64,000 nucleotides of DNA from Candidatus Enterousia sp. (GTDB lineage: Bacteria > Pseudomonadota > Alphaproteobacteria > Rs-D84): the NCBI GenBank assembly GCA_045648885.1, contig JAZROV010000002.1:6343-70342 (forward strand), given 5' to 3'. Positions 16,795 through 24,318 of the stretch are shown here, in pieces (position 1 is the first letter of the stretch; each line of letters begins with the position of its first letter). The translations under genes were made by a program, and so were the position numbers. The notes beneath the pieces are model-generated. The model worked only from the letters and a program-made list of their open reading frames with translations. It made no database searches and was not told where the DNA came from.

Positions 16795-18827
16795 AATATT
16801 GGTATTCATCTTTGATGTTGTGCATGGTAATGACAGACGCTTTGGCGTTAGGTGTTAACATGGACGAAGCAAAAACCATCAAATCAGATGAAATTATTTA
16901 TGATGTAAAATCTGGGCAAATGGAATCGTCTGGGAATACAGAAATGACCAATGCATCGGGCCAGCGCATAAAATTAGACCATATATCATTGTCTAAAAAT
17001 GCGTCTGATATGTCGGCAGATGATATTGAATTATGGCTGGGCAGCAATGTGTATGTTCGTGCTGAAAATATCACGCGCGATGGGACAGAAACCATTGCGC
17101 GACATGCCGTATTCACTGCGTGTGATGGATGCGACACATTTGGAAACGCATGGGAAATATCTGGAACCACGGTGATTCATGACCAAGATGAAAAAATGCT
17201 TTATTTTCACAACAGCATTTTTTGGCTTTACAATGACACATTCCCAATATTTTGGTTGCCGTATTACGAAATGCCTGATCCATCTGTGAAATACAAAACC
17301 GGACTTTTATCGCCCAGTTTTAATACAACAAATGGAATGGGGACTCAATTTAATTTGCCGTTGTATGTTAATATTTCTGATCGTCATGATTTTACAACTA
17401 CATTTTCGTATTTAACCCAAGAAAACCCATTGATTCAATTAGAACACAGATTGAATTTAACACATTCTAAATTCAGAACGAACGGTGCATTCACACGGAA
17501 CAAAATTGGGCAAAATCGTTGGTATGTATTTAACCATGATGTCATAGAAATGGGCGAACATGCGCGTGCTACTATAAACATAGACCGAACATCTGATAAA
17601 ACATTTTTGCAAAAATATGGTTTTTACGATTATCAACCATATCTTGATTCTGGGGCAAAAATCGAATTGTTTGGTCAAAACAGTTATGTTGTAGCAGACA
17701 CTCATATATTCCAAGAATTACGCAAACCAGGGCGCAGTCAGACTGTTGCATCTGGGGATATATTACCCAATATTCGCGGTGTTTATCAGACCCAGCCTTT
17801 GTTTGCAGAAACATATTTAAACATTTCTGGTGATGTGTTGGCTGTATCTTCTTCGAAATCATCATCACAGCGCATTATTGGTGAAACACAAATTGTATCA
17901 CCATGGACACTGTGGGGGGGGAATCGTTTAACATTCAGTGCATCAGGGCGATATGATATATATAATTTTGAAAAAACACCGGTGTATAATAACGACGGCG
18001 GTGTTGATGCGTCGTATACCGGGGTAAAAACCAGATTTTTACCCAGCGCATTTGTAGAGTGGGGATTACCATTGTTCAGCACGAAAAACAGTTGGACATA
18101 CATTATTGAACCACGCGCACGTTTGACAGTAATGGAAAGAACAAATTCAAAATCTGTGTTTGCCGTTGACAATGATTCTGCCGGACGTTTTTTATCAGAC
18201 ACGACTTTGTTTTCTGACAACAGATATGCCGGTTTAGATATGTGGGAAAATGGAAATTTTGCAGATTATGGCGCGCGATGGGCTGCATTCAATAATCGTC
18301 ATAATATTGAAGTATTTTTAGGCCAAACCTATGATTTTAACACGCCAAAGCAAGATTTTAACGATAATGGTTTTCGAAATGGTTTTTCAGATTATGTTGG
18401 ACGGATTACATACAGCGATAATCGCTATTTGCAATTGTCAAGCCGTTTCAGATTTGACAGAACAGATATGGCATTAAATCACAATGAAAATTCTTTGTAT
18501 CTGGGGCGTGGAAAAACATATTTAAACATTGGGCACATGTGGGATGCACAACCTATTGACATTTATTCAACTGGCAAAGACAGTATAAATGAGATAATAA
18601 CTGGTATCGGTTTGAAAATAACCGGGCGTTTAAATGTTAAAGAATCGCTGCTTTTCAATGCTGCGACACATGAATTACAACGGCATAGTGGCGGAATATA
18701 CTATGAACATCCGTGCTATTATTTGTCACTGGAATACAAACGCGATAACGCTATCAAAGGTGACTATACCGGTGGCACGACATTCCAATTCAAATTCGGG
18801 ATAAGTATTGATGGCAAACATTATTAA
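16791..18827 (+). CDS. lptD: LPS-assembly outer-membrane protein LptD
   Basis: 678 aa. Signal peptide, OstA-like N-terminal region, aromatic-rich beta-barrel region. Position between the lptF/G-family gene and the surA-like gene. Confidence 0.75.
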   Translation: MKYWYSSLMLCMVMTDALALGVNMDEAKTIKSDEIIYDVKSGQMESSGNTEMTNASGQRIKLDHISLSKNASDMSADDIELWLGSNVYVRAENITRDGTETIARHAVFTACDGCDTFGNAWEISGTTVIHDQDEKMLYFHNSIFWLYNDTFPIFWLPYYEMPDPSVKYKTGLLSPSFNTTNGMGTQFNLPLYVNISDRHDFTTTFSYLTQENPLIQLEHRLNLTHSKFRTNGAFTRNKIGQNRWYVFNHDVIEMGEHARATINIDRTSDKTFLQKYGFYDYQPYLDSGAKIELFGQNSYVVADTHIFQELRKPGRSQTVASGDILPNIRGVYQTQPLFAETYLNISGDVLAVSSSKSSSQRIIGETQIVSPWTLWGGNRLTFSASGRYDIYNFEKTPVYNNDGGVDASYTGVKTRFLPSAFVEWGLPLFSTKNSWTYIIEPRARLTVMERTNSKSVFAVDNDSAGRFLSDTTLFSDNRYAGLDMWENGNFADYGARWAAFNNRHNIEVFLGQTYDFNTPKQDFNDNGFRNGFSDYVGRITYSDNRYLQLSSRFRFDRTDMALNHNENSLYLGRGKTYLNIGHMWDAQPIDIYSTGKDSINEIITGIGLKITGRLNVKESLLFNAATHELQRHSGGIYYEHPCYYLSLEYKRDNAIKGDYTGGTTFQFKFGISIDGKHY

Positions 18828-18847
18828 AAAGAAAAGGAAAGTATCAA

Positions 18848-19678
18848 ATGATGATTAAAAAAGTGGGGCTTTTATTATCAATTCTGATGTTGAATACAAT
18901 TGACGCATTCGGCACCAGTGTCATAGCAACTGTGAATGGCAACCCAATCACAGATTCAGATATTACTGCGCGCACAGAATTGATGGCGCGCCAAGGAAAC
19001 ACATCTGCCACTAATCGTCGTGACGCTTTTCAAAACATTGTGAATGATTATGTAAAAATAAACTATGCGAACAATTTCGGCGTCAACCCAACCGACCAAG
19101 ATGCAGACAAAGAATTAAAACGTATGGATTTAAGCGATATGAATGACACTATGACTGAAATGGCACGTTTGGCAATTCGCGCCGATATTGCATGGGGTGC
19201 AGTGATGTCTCGAACAGTCGTTCCAACAATCAAAGTTTCACAATCAGACATTCAATCTGAAAAAAAAGATTTAATTCGTGAACGTGGTCTGCCAATTGAA
19301 ATGACAATTGTTCGTTTGGTTGATGTCCCAGATTCAATCGCAACACAATTTACAAAACCTAAAAATTGTGATGCCGCGGTGAAAATGGCCGAAGATTTCG
19401 GCGGTGTACCACAAAAATTTACTGCGTTGCAATACGAATTATCAACCGATATACGCAATCGCATCGCCGATTTACCGTTATTGACATGGAATCGTAATAC
19501 GGACAAAACAATGCTTTTGGTGTGCAGCGAACGCAAAACAGATGAATATAAAAATCTGGACGATATAATAAAACAAAATGCCGTTTATCGCAAAGCGTCC
19601 GCAGTCGCAGATCAACAATTAAAACAATTACGTCGCAAGGCTGTAATAATTATAAACGACGACAGATATAAATTATGA
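18848..19678 (+). CDS. surA: SurA-like periplasmic chaperone (parvulin motif degenerate)
   Basis: 276 aa. Signal peptide, SurA N-domain start VIATVNGNPITDSDI. Follows lptD as in the classical lptD-surA arrangement. Confidence 0.55.
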   Translation: MMIKKVGLLLSILMLNTIDAFGTSVIATVNGNPITDSDITARTELMARQGNTSATNRRDAFQNIVNDYVKINYANNFGVNPTDQDADKELKRMDLSDMNDTMTEMARLAIRADIAWGAVMSRTVVPTIKVSQSDIQSEKKDLIRERGLPIEMTIVRLVDVPDSIATQFTKPKNCDAAVKMAEDFGGVPQKFTALQYELSTDIRNRIADLPLLTWNRNTDKTMLLVCSERKTDEYKNLDDIIKQNAVYRKASAVADQQLKQLRRKAVIIINDDRYKL

Positions 19679-20778
19679 AAAAAATATTGTTTAATTTAAA
19701 CAAACCAGAATTAGAACAATTTGTATTGGACATGGGTTTGCCAAAATTTCGCGCCACACAAATACGCGAATGGTTGAATCGTGGGGCACCTGATTTTGAA
19801 TCTATGAAAAATCTGCCGGAAAATTTACGCACACAATTGGACGAAATTGCGCAAACTTTGCCTGTAAAAATTGTTAAAAGATTGGACAGCGCTGATAATC
19901 AAACAACTAAATTTTTATTAGAATTAGATGACAGTCAACAAATTGAATGCGTTTTGATGCGCACTACATACGGCAACAGTGTGTGCGTTTCGTCCCAGGC
20001 GGGGTGTGCAATGGGGTGTAAATTTTGTGCCAGTACTCTTTTAGGCCTTAAACGCAATTTGACAGTAAACGAAATGTTTGCACAAATTTTAGTTGCCCAA
20101 TGGGAATTGCGACGCAATCGTAATGACAAAGAACATGTTCATCCTAATGGCGATGCAAATAATGGTGATGTATCGCATATAGTCGTGATGGGAACCGGTG
20201 AACCGTTGCAAAACACACAAAATGTAATTGGATTTTTAGAACGCGCAAATTCTGAATTGAATATATCATGGCGCCGGATAACGGTTTCAACCTGTGGGAT
20301 TGTACCGGGGATAAACGAATTAAACAAATGGGGACGACCAATCAATCTGGCGATATCTTTGCATGCACCAACTGATGAATTACGTTCACAAATTATGCCT
20401 ATCAATAACAAATATAAATTAAATGAAGTTTTAGACGCCGCATTTGCGTTTTCAGACGCCCAGAACCGCCAATTGATGATTGAATATATATTGTTAGGCC
20501 GCCGCGACGAAAACGGCAATATCGGGCTTTATAATTGCACAAATGAACACGCAGAACAATTATCGTTGCTTTTGCGTGGTCATAATGTTATGGTGAATTT
20601 GATTCCTTGGAATACAGTTGACGAACGCAATTTTGCATCCATATCTGGAAATGCGGTTCACCGATTCCAAGACATTTTGATAAAAAATGGGATACATACA
20701 CGGATTCGCCGGGAACGGGGGGCGGATATTGGGTCTGCGTGTGGACAATTACGATTAAAAAACCAAAAGGCACAATAA
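19675..20778 (+). CDS. rlmN: 23S rRNA/tRNA m2A methyltransferase RlmN (radical SAM)
   Basis: 367 aa. CVSSQAGCAMGCKFCAS cluster motif and C-terminal GADIGSACGQL. Confidence 0.92.
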   Translation: MKKILFNLNKPELEQFVLDMGLPKFRATQIREWLNRGAPDFESMKNLPENLRTQLDEIAQTLPVKIVKRLDSADNQTTKFLLELDDSQQIECVLMRTTYGNSVCVSSQAGCAMGCKFCASTLLGLKRNLTVNEMFAQILVAQWELRRNRNDKEHVHPNGDANNGDVSHIVVMGTGEPLQNTQNVIGFLERANSELNISWRRITVSTCGIVPGINELNKWGRPINLAISLHAPTDELRSQIMPINNKYKLNEVLDAAFAFSDAQNRQLMIEYILLGRRDENGNIGLYNCTNEHAEQLSLLLRGHNVMVNLIPWNTVDERNFASISGNAVHRFQDILIKNGIHTRIRRERGADIGSACGQLRLKNQKAQ

Positions 20779-21531
20779 ATGAAATTACGTTATGTAACAT
20801 GTTCCGACCCACGTGAACACAATCCGATTGATAAAATTTTAAATTTAGGCACTTTGCCCAACGCAGAAATTGCTGTTCAATGTCATCCATCAAAAATGTC
20901 TGATGGTATGCCCAGGAACGTATGGTTCAAAGATTTATTACACGCGGCATATAATGTGCCATCATTTAATTTGGCGATACACATAAACAGCGAATGGGCA
21001 AATGAAATTTGTGTGAATGGCAAAATACCTGATGTTGTTAAAGAATGGCTTTTTGCGCGAAATTCTGACAACAACCCGATAATAAAACGAATTCAATTAA
21101 ATATGCCAAAACAAACCGCTCAAAATATAAATCAACATGATTTGGCACGAATGATATCTGGTTTTCCACGGCGCGAATTTATATTCCAATACAATGACAA
21201 CACAAAAGAGGCAGTGGAAAAAATGCATCAGACCAGAGTTCGCTTTTCACTTTTGTTTGACGCATCGGGTGGCAATGGCATTCAACCTGGCAATTGGCAA
21301 AAACCAATCTATGAAACGCATCCGATGGGATATTCGGGGGGCCTGTCACCAGATAATGTTGTGCATAATTTGCGTTTAATCAATATGGTTGTCCCGAAAG
21401 ACACACCTATTTGGATAGATGCCGAAGGTCGCTTGAAATCAAACAATCTGTTTGCTGAAAAACCTGCATTTGACATTGAATTGGCACAGGCATATATCGA
21501 ACGCGCAAACAAATGGCAAAACATAAGATAA
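20779..21531 (+). CDS. hypothetical protein, weak TrpF/PRAI-like barrel motifs
   Basis: 250 aa. ATG abuts the rlmN TAA. DASGGNG...GYSGGLSPDNV...IWIDAEGRL loosely recalls phosphate-binding motifs of PRAI-type TIM barrels. Confidence 0.4.
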   Translation: MKLRYVTCSDPREHNPIDKILNLGTLPNAEIAVQCHPSKMSDGMPRNVWFKDLLHAAYNVPSFNLAIHINSEWANEICVNGKIPDVVKEWLFARNSDNNPIIKRIQLNMPKQTAQNINQHDLARMISGFPRREFIFQYNDNTKEAVEKMHQTRVRFSLLFDASGGNGIQPGNWQKPIYETHPMGYSGGLSPDNVVHNLRLINMVVPKDTPIWIDAEGRLKSNNLFAEKPAFDIELAQAYIERANKWQNIR

Positions 21532-21550
21532 AGAATAAACAAATAAATAA

Positions 21551-21577
21551 AAAACGCCGAACATCGGCGTTTTTTTT
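21551..21577. terminator. bidirectional rho-independent terminator
   Basis: A-run, CGCCGA-aca-TCGGCG hairpin, T8 run between convergent genes. Confidence 0.75.
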
Positions 21578-21596
21578 GTTCGCAAAACACTAAATT

Positions 21597-21830
21597 TTAT
21601 CTTTCGCGCGAAAAATCAACAAAATTAGCCACATTCAATGCTTTCTTTGGTGCGATTGGCGCAGTCTGTTTTTGTTTTTCGTTGTTTCTTTGTGCCATGC
21701 TCGACATAGATTTAATTATATAACGTGCAAACATTACAAATCCAGCGATGTACAAAGCAATTATTACACCACCCATAACATCATCAAATTTAGAGTTTTT
21801 TTCATTTTGATTTGTGTTTTGTTTTATCAT
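21597..21830 (-). CDS. small single-pass membrane protein, hypothetical
   Basis: 77 aa. One TM helix (GGVIIALYIAGFVMFARYII). AAGGA SD 9 nt after the upstream stop. Confidence 0.45.
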   Translation of the reverse strand: MIKQNTNQNEKNSKFDDVMGGVIIALYIAGFVMFARYIIKSMSSMAQRNNEKQKQTAPIAPKKALNVANFVDFSRER

Positions 21831-21839
21831 TTTTTTTCC

Positions 21840-23099
21840 TTATTTTGTATTATTTAAACTGTCAAAGTGTTGTATCGTCATGACGCGTGCAACAGAATCT
21901 GCCCGTTTCCATGCGGAATTGATAGCACGTTCCATTTCACGTTTCCGATTGATTTCCCGGGTCAAAGAGTCTGTTTTTTGTTTGTCGTCATTTGACATAG
22001 TCAACGGCCAATCTTTCTTGCGCTGGGCGACATTAGTGATTTCGTTATAAAAAATTGTAATGCCCGGTGTATCCACAACATAACTGAACCCCGACGCCCC
22101 GATTTCTTTTGGTGTGTCGCTTTCGTTCACATTTTTTGCAAAATGTTGCGAATCAAAGAAAGTTTCACTGAACATTTTCTTCCCGTTCGGCATTGTTTTT
22201 TCAATTTTCCATTGATTTGGCGCAACTGATACCAATTTATATGTCGCCGTTTCATCTTGCAGAAAGCTGAGCGGTACATTTTCAGTGTACACACCAATGC
22301 TTTGTGTGGTTATTAAATATTTACAATTCAACCAATCCAGCATTTTATAACTGCCCTCTGGGGCGTTTTCGTAATTATATTGAGTCACACCCAAAGACAT
22401 TTGCCCAAATTCACCCAATAAATAATAATCAGAATATTTTTGTTCAACCGATTTACGATTCGCAATCAAACTGGTTTCCATATCTTTTAAAATACGAGCG
22501 ATTACAGTCTTTAATTTTTGTTTATCGGTCGCATCACAATTTGATTTATCAATAATGTCGTTTATGTCACGCGTCAAATCACTGATCACGCTTTTGCCAA
22601 TCCAATAAATATCTTCGTTAAATTCTGAACCAACACCGATAAACAATAAATCTTGGACATTATTGGCAACAAAGTATTTTTCAACCCCAGTTCCCATAAT
22701 AGACAAATTATATCTGGCCATTTGGTTTTCTATATTATCATGATAACGGGTCAATATATTTTGGCCAGATGCTAAAATTTCCGCATCCATAGTCGTCGAT
22801 AAACTGGTTTTATCCATTACACCGCGGATATCAGCTTCATCTTGGTAAATAGAACGCGTTTGATGTGGCAATTTTCCACCGATTTTTTCCGCAGATTTTT
22901 TGATTTCGCCATTATAAATCGAATCAAAGATATGATTATAATACCGATCCATTTCGCGTTTTGTGATACGCCCCAAACGCTTGGTTGGATTCGGAGCATT
23001 TTTTTCGAAAAATTCATCGTCTTTCTTGCATGAATGAATAGCATAAGCCAACATCAGCAAAGAAAACAAACCGATAATTTTTAAATTTCTGTTTTTCAT
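21840..23099 (-). CDS. hypothetical secreted protein or lipoprotein
   Basis: 419 aa. Signal peptide with a Cys (LLMLAYAIHS|C). A possible TTGACG-16-TATCTT promoter lies at about 23113..23140. No family recognised. Confidence 0.5.
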   Translation of the reverse strand: MKNRNLKIIGLFSLLMLAYAIHSCKKDDEFFEKNAPNPTKRLGRITKREMDRYYNHIFDSIYNGEIKKSAEKIGGKLPHQTRSIYQDEADIRGVMDKTSLSTTMDAEILASGQNILTRYHDNIENQMARYNLSIMGTGVEKYFVANNVQDLLFIGVGSEFNEDIYWIGKSVISDLTRDINDIIDKSNCDATDKQKLKTVIARILKDMETSLIANRKSVEQKYSDYYLLGEFGQMSLGVTQYNYENAPEGSYKMLDWLNCKYLITTQSIGVYTENVPLSFLQDETATYKLVSVAPNQWKIEKTMPNGKKMFSETFFDSQHFAKNVNESDTPKEIGASGFSYVVDTPGITIFYNEITNVAQRKKDWPLTMSNDDKQKTDSLTREINRKREMERAINSAWKRADSVARVMTIQHFDSLNNTK

Positions 23100-23166
23100 G
23101 TTTTGCGCTCTATGATTTAATAAGATAGCACAAAAACATCAAACGTCAACATTTTTTAACATTCCG

Positions 23167-23244
23167 CTTAGTTGTCGAACTCCTTCGTTCTCGTCTCTAA
23201 ATATCCCATGGCAAAAATTAAAACCGGCAAAAGCCGGTTTGAAT
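23167..23244. repeat. 78-nt perfect direct repeat, copy A
   Basis: Identical to 23422..23499 by direct comparison. Contains the hairpin aaccggc-aaaa-gccggtt. Confidence 0.9.
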
Positions 23245-23319
23245 GTTTCGCTCGGCATACTGCCTGCGCGCAATTTTATTTTTGCTCGAACGGCGCAACG
23301 CTTGTTCTCGCATACAAAA

Positions 23320-23342
23320 TTTGGTGGATGTTAAGAGACTCG
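23320..23342 (-). other. duplicated 3' end of tRNA-Val (T-loop half to CCA plus 2 nt)
   Basis: tttggtggatgttaagagactcg is identical to 23501..23523. Identity stops inside the T-loop. Confidence 0.85.
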
Positions 23343-23421
23343 CTCGTCCTGTCACACTTTCGTGTGCCACGACTGCGCGGCAACCGTGACGATTTCGGTG
23401 CGCTGACGCTTCCAAAATCTA

Positions 23422-23499
23422 CTTAGTTGTCGAACTCCTTCGTTCTCGTCTCTAAATATCCCATGGCAAAAATTAAAACCGGCAAAAGCCGGTTTGAAT
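23422..23499. repeat. 78-nt perfect direct repeat, copy B (tRNA-Val trailer)
   Basis: Identical to 23167..23244. Lies immediately 3' of tRNA-Val on the minus strand. Confidence 0.9.
23465..23496 (-). terminator. rho-independent terminator of tRNA-Val(TAC)
   Basis: Minus strand reads AACCGGC-tttt-GCCGGTT followed by TTAATTTTT. A duplicate lies inside repeat copy A (about 23210..23241). Confidence 0.6.
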
Positions 23500-23502
23500 T
23501 TT

Positions 23503-23579
23503 TGGTGGATGTTAAGAGACTCGAACTCCTGACCCTCTCGGTGTAAACGAGATGCTCTAGCCAACTGAGCTAAACATCC
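23503..23579 (-). tRNA. tRNA-Val (anticodon TAC)
   Basis: 77 nt folded by hand: acceptor GGATGTT/AACATCC, D arm GCTC..GAGC, anticodon stem TCTCG/CGAGA with loop TTTACAC, T arm AGGAG-TTCGAGT-CTCTT, encoded CCA. Confidence 0.9.
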
Positions 23580-23629
23580 AAGAAAACAGCGACATAATAA
23601 TCTGTTTTTTCCGGTTTGTCCAGTATTTT

Positions 23630-23926
23630 CTAATTCATCGGAAATTCACTGGACACCTGACCCATTACATCATCTATTAAAACATCAGCCTTTGATTTAG
23701 CATCCCTGTACGCGTCTGCCACCCATTCAGATACCCGATCTGCACCATGTTTCAACGCATCTGGGTTAATCGTGACCGATATCAAATCGTATTTCCCGGT
23801 CATATCAACAACAGCCATTCCATTGCCAGCAATACCTTTGACATGCATTTTTGCCAAAGAATCTTGGGCTGCAGTTATTTGATTTTGTATATTTTGTGCA
23901 TTTGCCATCAAAGATTCGATATCCAT
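23630..23926 (-). CDS. ybaB: YbaB/EbfC-family nucleoid-associated protein
   Basis: 98 aa. Start MDIESLMANAQNIQNQITAAQDSL and ..VTINPDAL.. are typical of YbaB. GGGGGG SD. Confidence 0.8.
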   Translation of the reverse strand: MDIESLMANAQNIQNQITAAQDSLAKMHVKGIAGNGMAVVDMTGKYDLISVTINPDALKHGADRVSEWVADAYRDAKSKADVLIDDVMGQVSSEFPMN

Positions 23927-23935
23927 ATTACCCCC

Positions 23936-24307
23936 CTATTCCCTTATCAGCATCATCTGCAATGCGCGTTTTGGGACATTATACGCTTTTGCCCAAAAAT
24001 CAGTAAATTCCATTTGCGATATGATATTTTCATTCGCATCACGCAATGCATCCATGACATTTTGGAAACTGTTTTTGCCATAATTAATCAATTGCAATCT
24101 GGTTGCCCCAGATGGTGCAAAATCATATTTATACATGGCAAAACAATACAGCCCTGTATTTTTATGACGTGCAATCGACATAACAAATGTATCATCCAAA
24201 AATTTTTTTATGGATGAAATCTCTTTGACCGGGCAACACAAATAGGTCGCCCAGTCTAAATTTGTCCATGTCTGTCTTGGTTTTTGTTGTACCAACGTGT
24301 ATGTCAT
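23936..24307 (-). CDS. hypothetical protein
   Basis: 123-aa ORF between pnp and ybaB. No family recognised. Confidence 0.4.
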   Translation of the reverse strand: MTYTLVQQKPRQTWTNLDWATYLCCPVKEISSIKKFLDDTFVMSIARHKNTGLYCFAMYKYDFAPSGATRLQLINYGKNSFQNVMDALRDANENIISQMEFTDFWAKAYNVPKRALQMMLIRE

Positions 24308-24318
24308 TAAAGTTCCCG

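Noticed and set aside
21831-21842. Same-frame adjacency of the 419-aa/77-aa ORFs, and likewise of the 123-aa ORF/ybaB at 23927..23938, as further in-frame-stop splits
   Set aside because: In both cases the 9-nt spacer contains a good SD (AAGGA, GGGGGG) in front of an ATG. YbaB begins at its normal N-terminus, so these are ordinary gene boundaries.
23167-23499. CRISPR array
   Set aside because: There are only two copies of a 78-nt repeat separated by 177 nt. There are no further repeats and no cas genes.
23167-23579. tmRNA (one-piece or permuted two-piece ssrA)
   Set aside because: The T-arm/ACCA end and a GGAGTTCGAC motif are suggestive. However, the acceptor stem would lack the G3:U70 alanine identity pair. 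I found no tag reading frame ending in ..LAA/VAA or beginning ANDN. The 3' element is an exact copy of the neighbouring tRNA-Val, and the unit is far too short.
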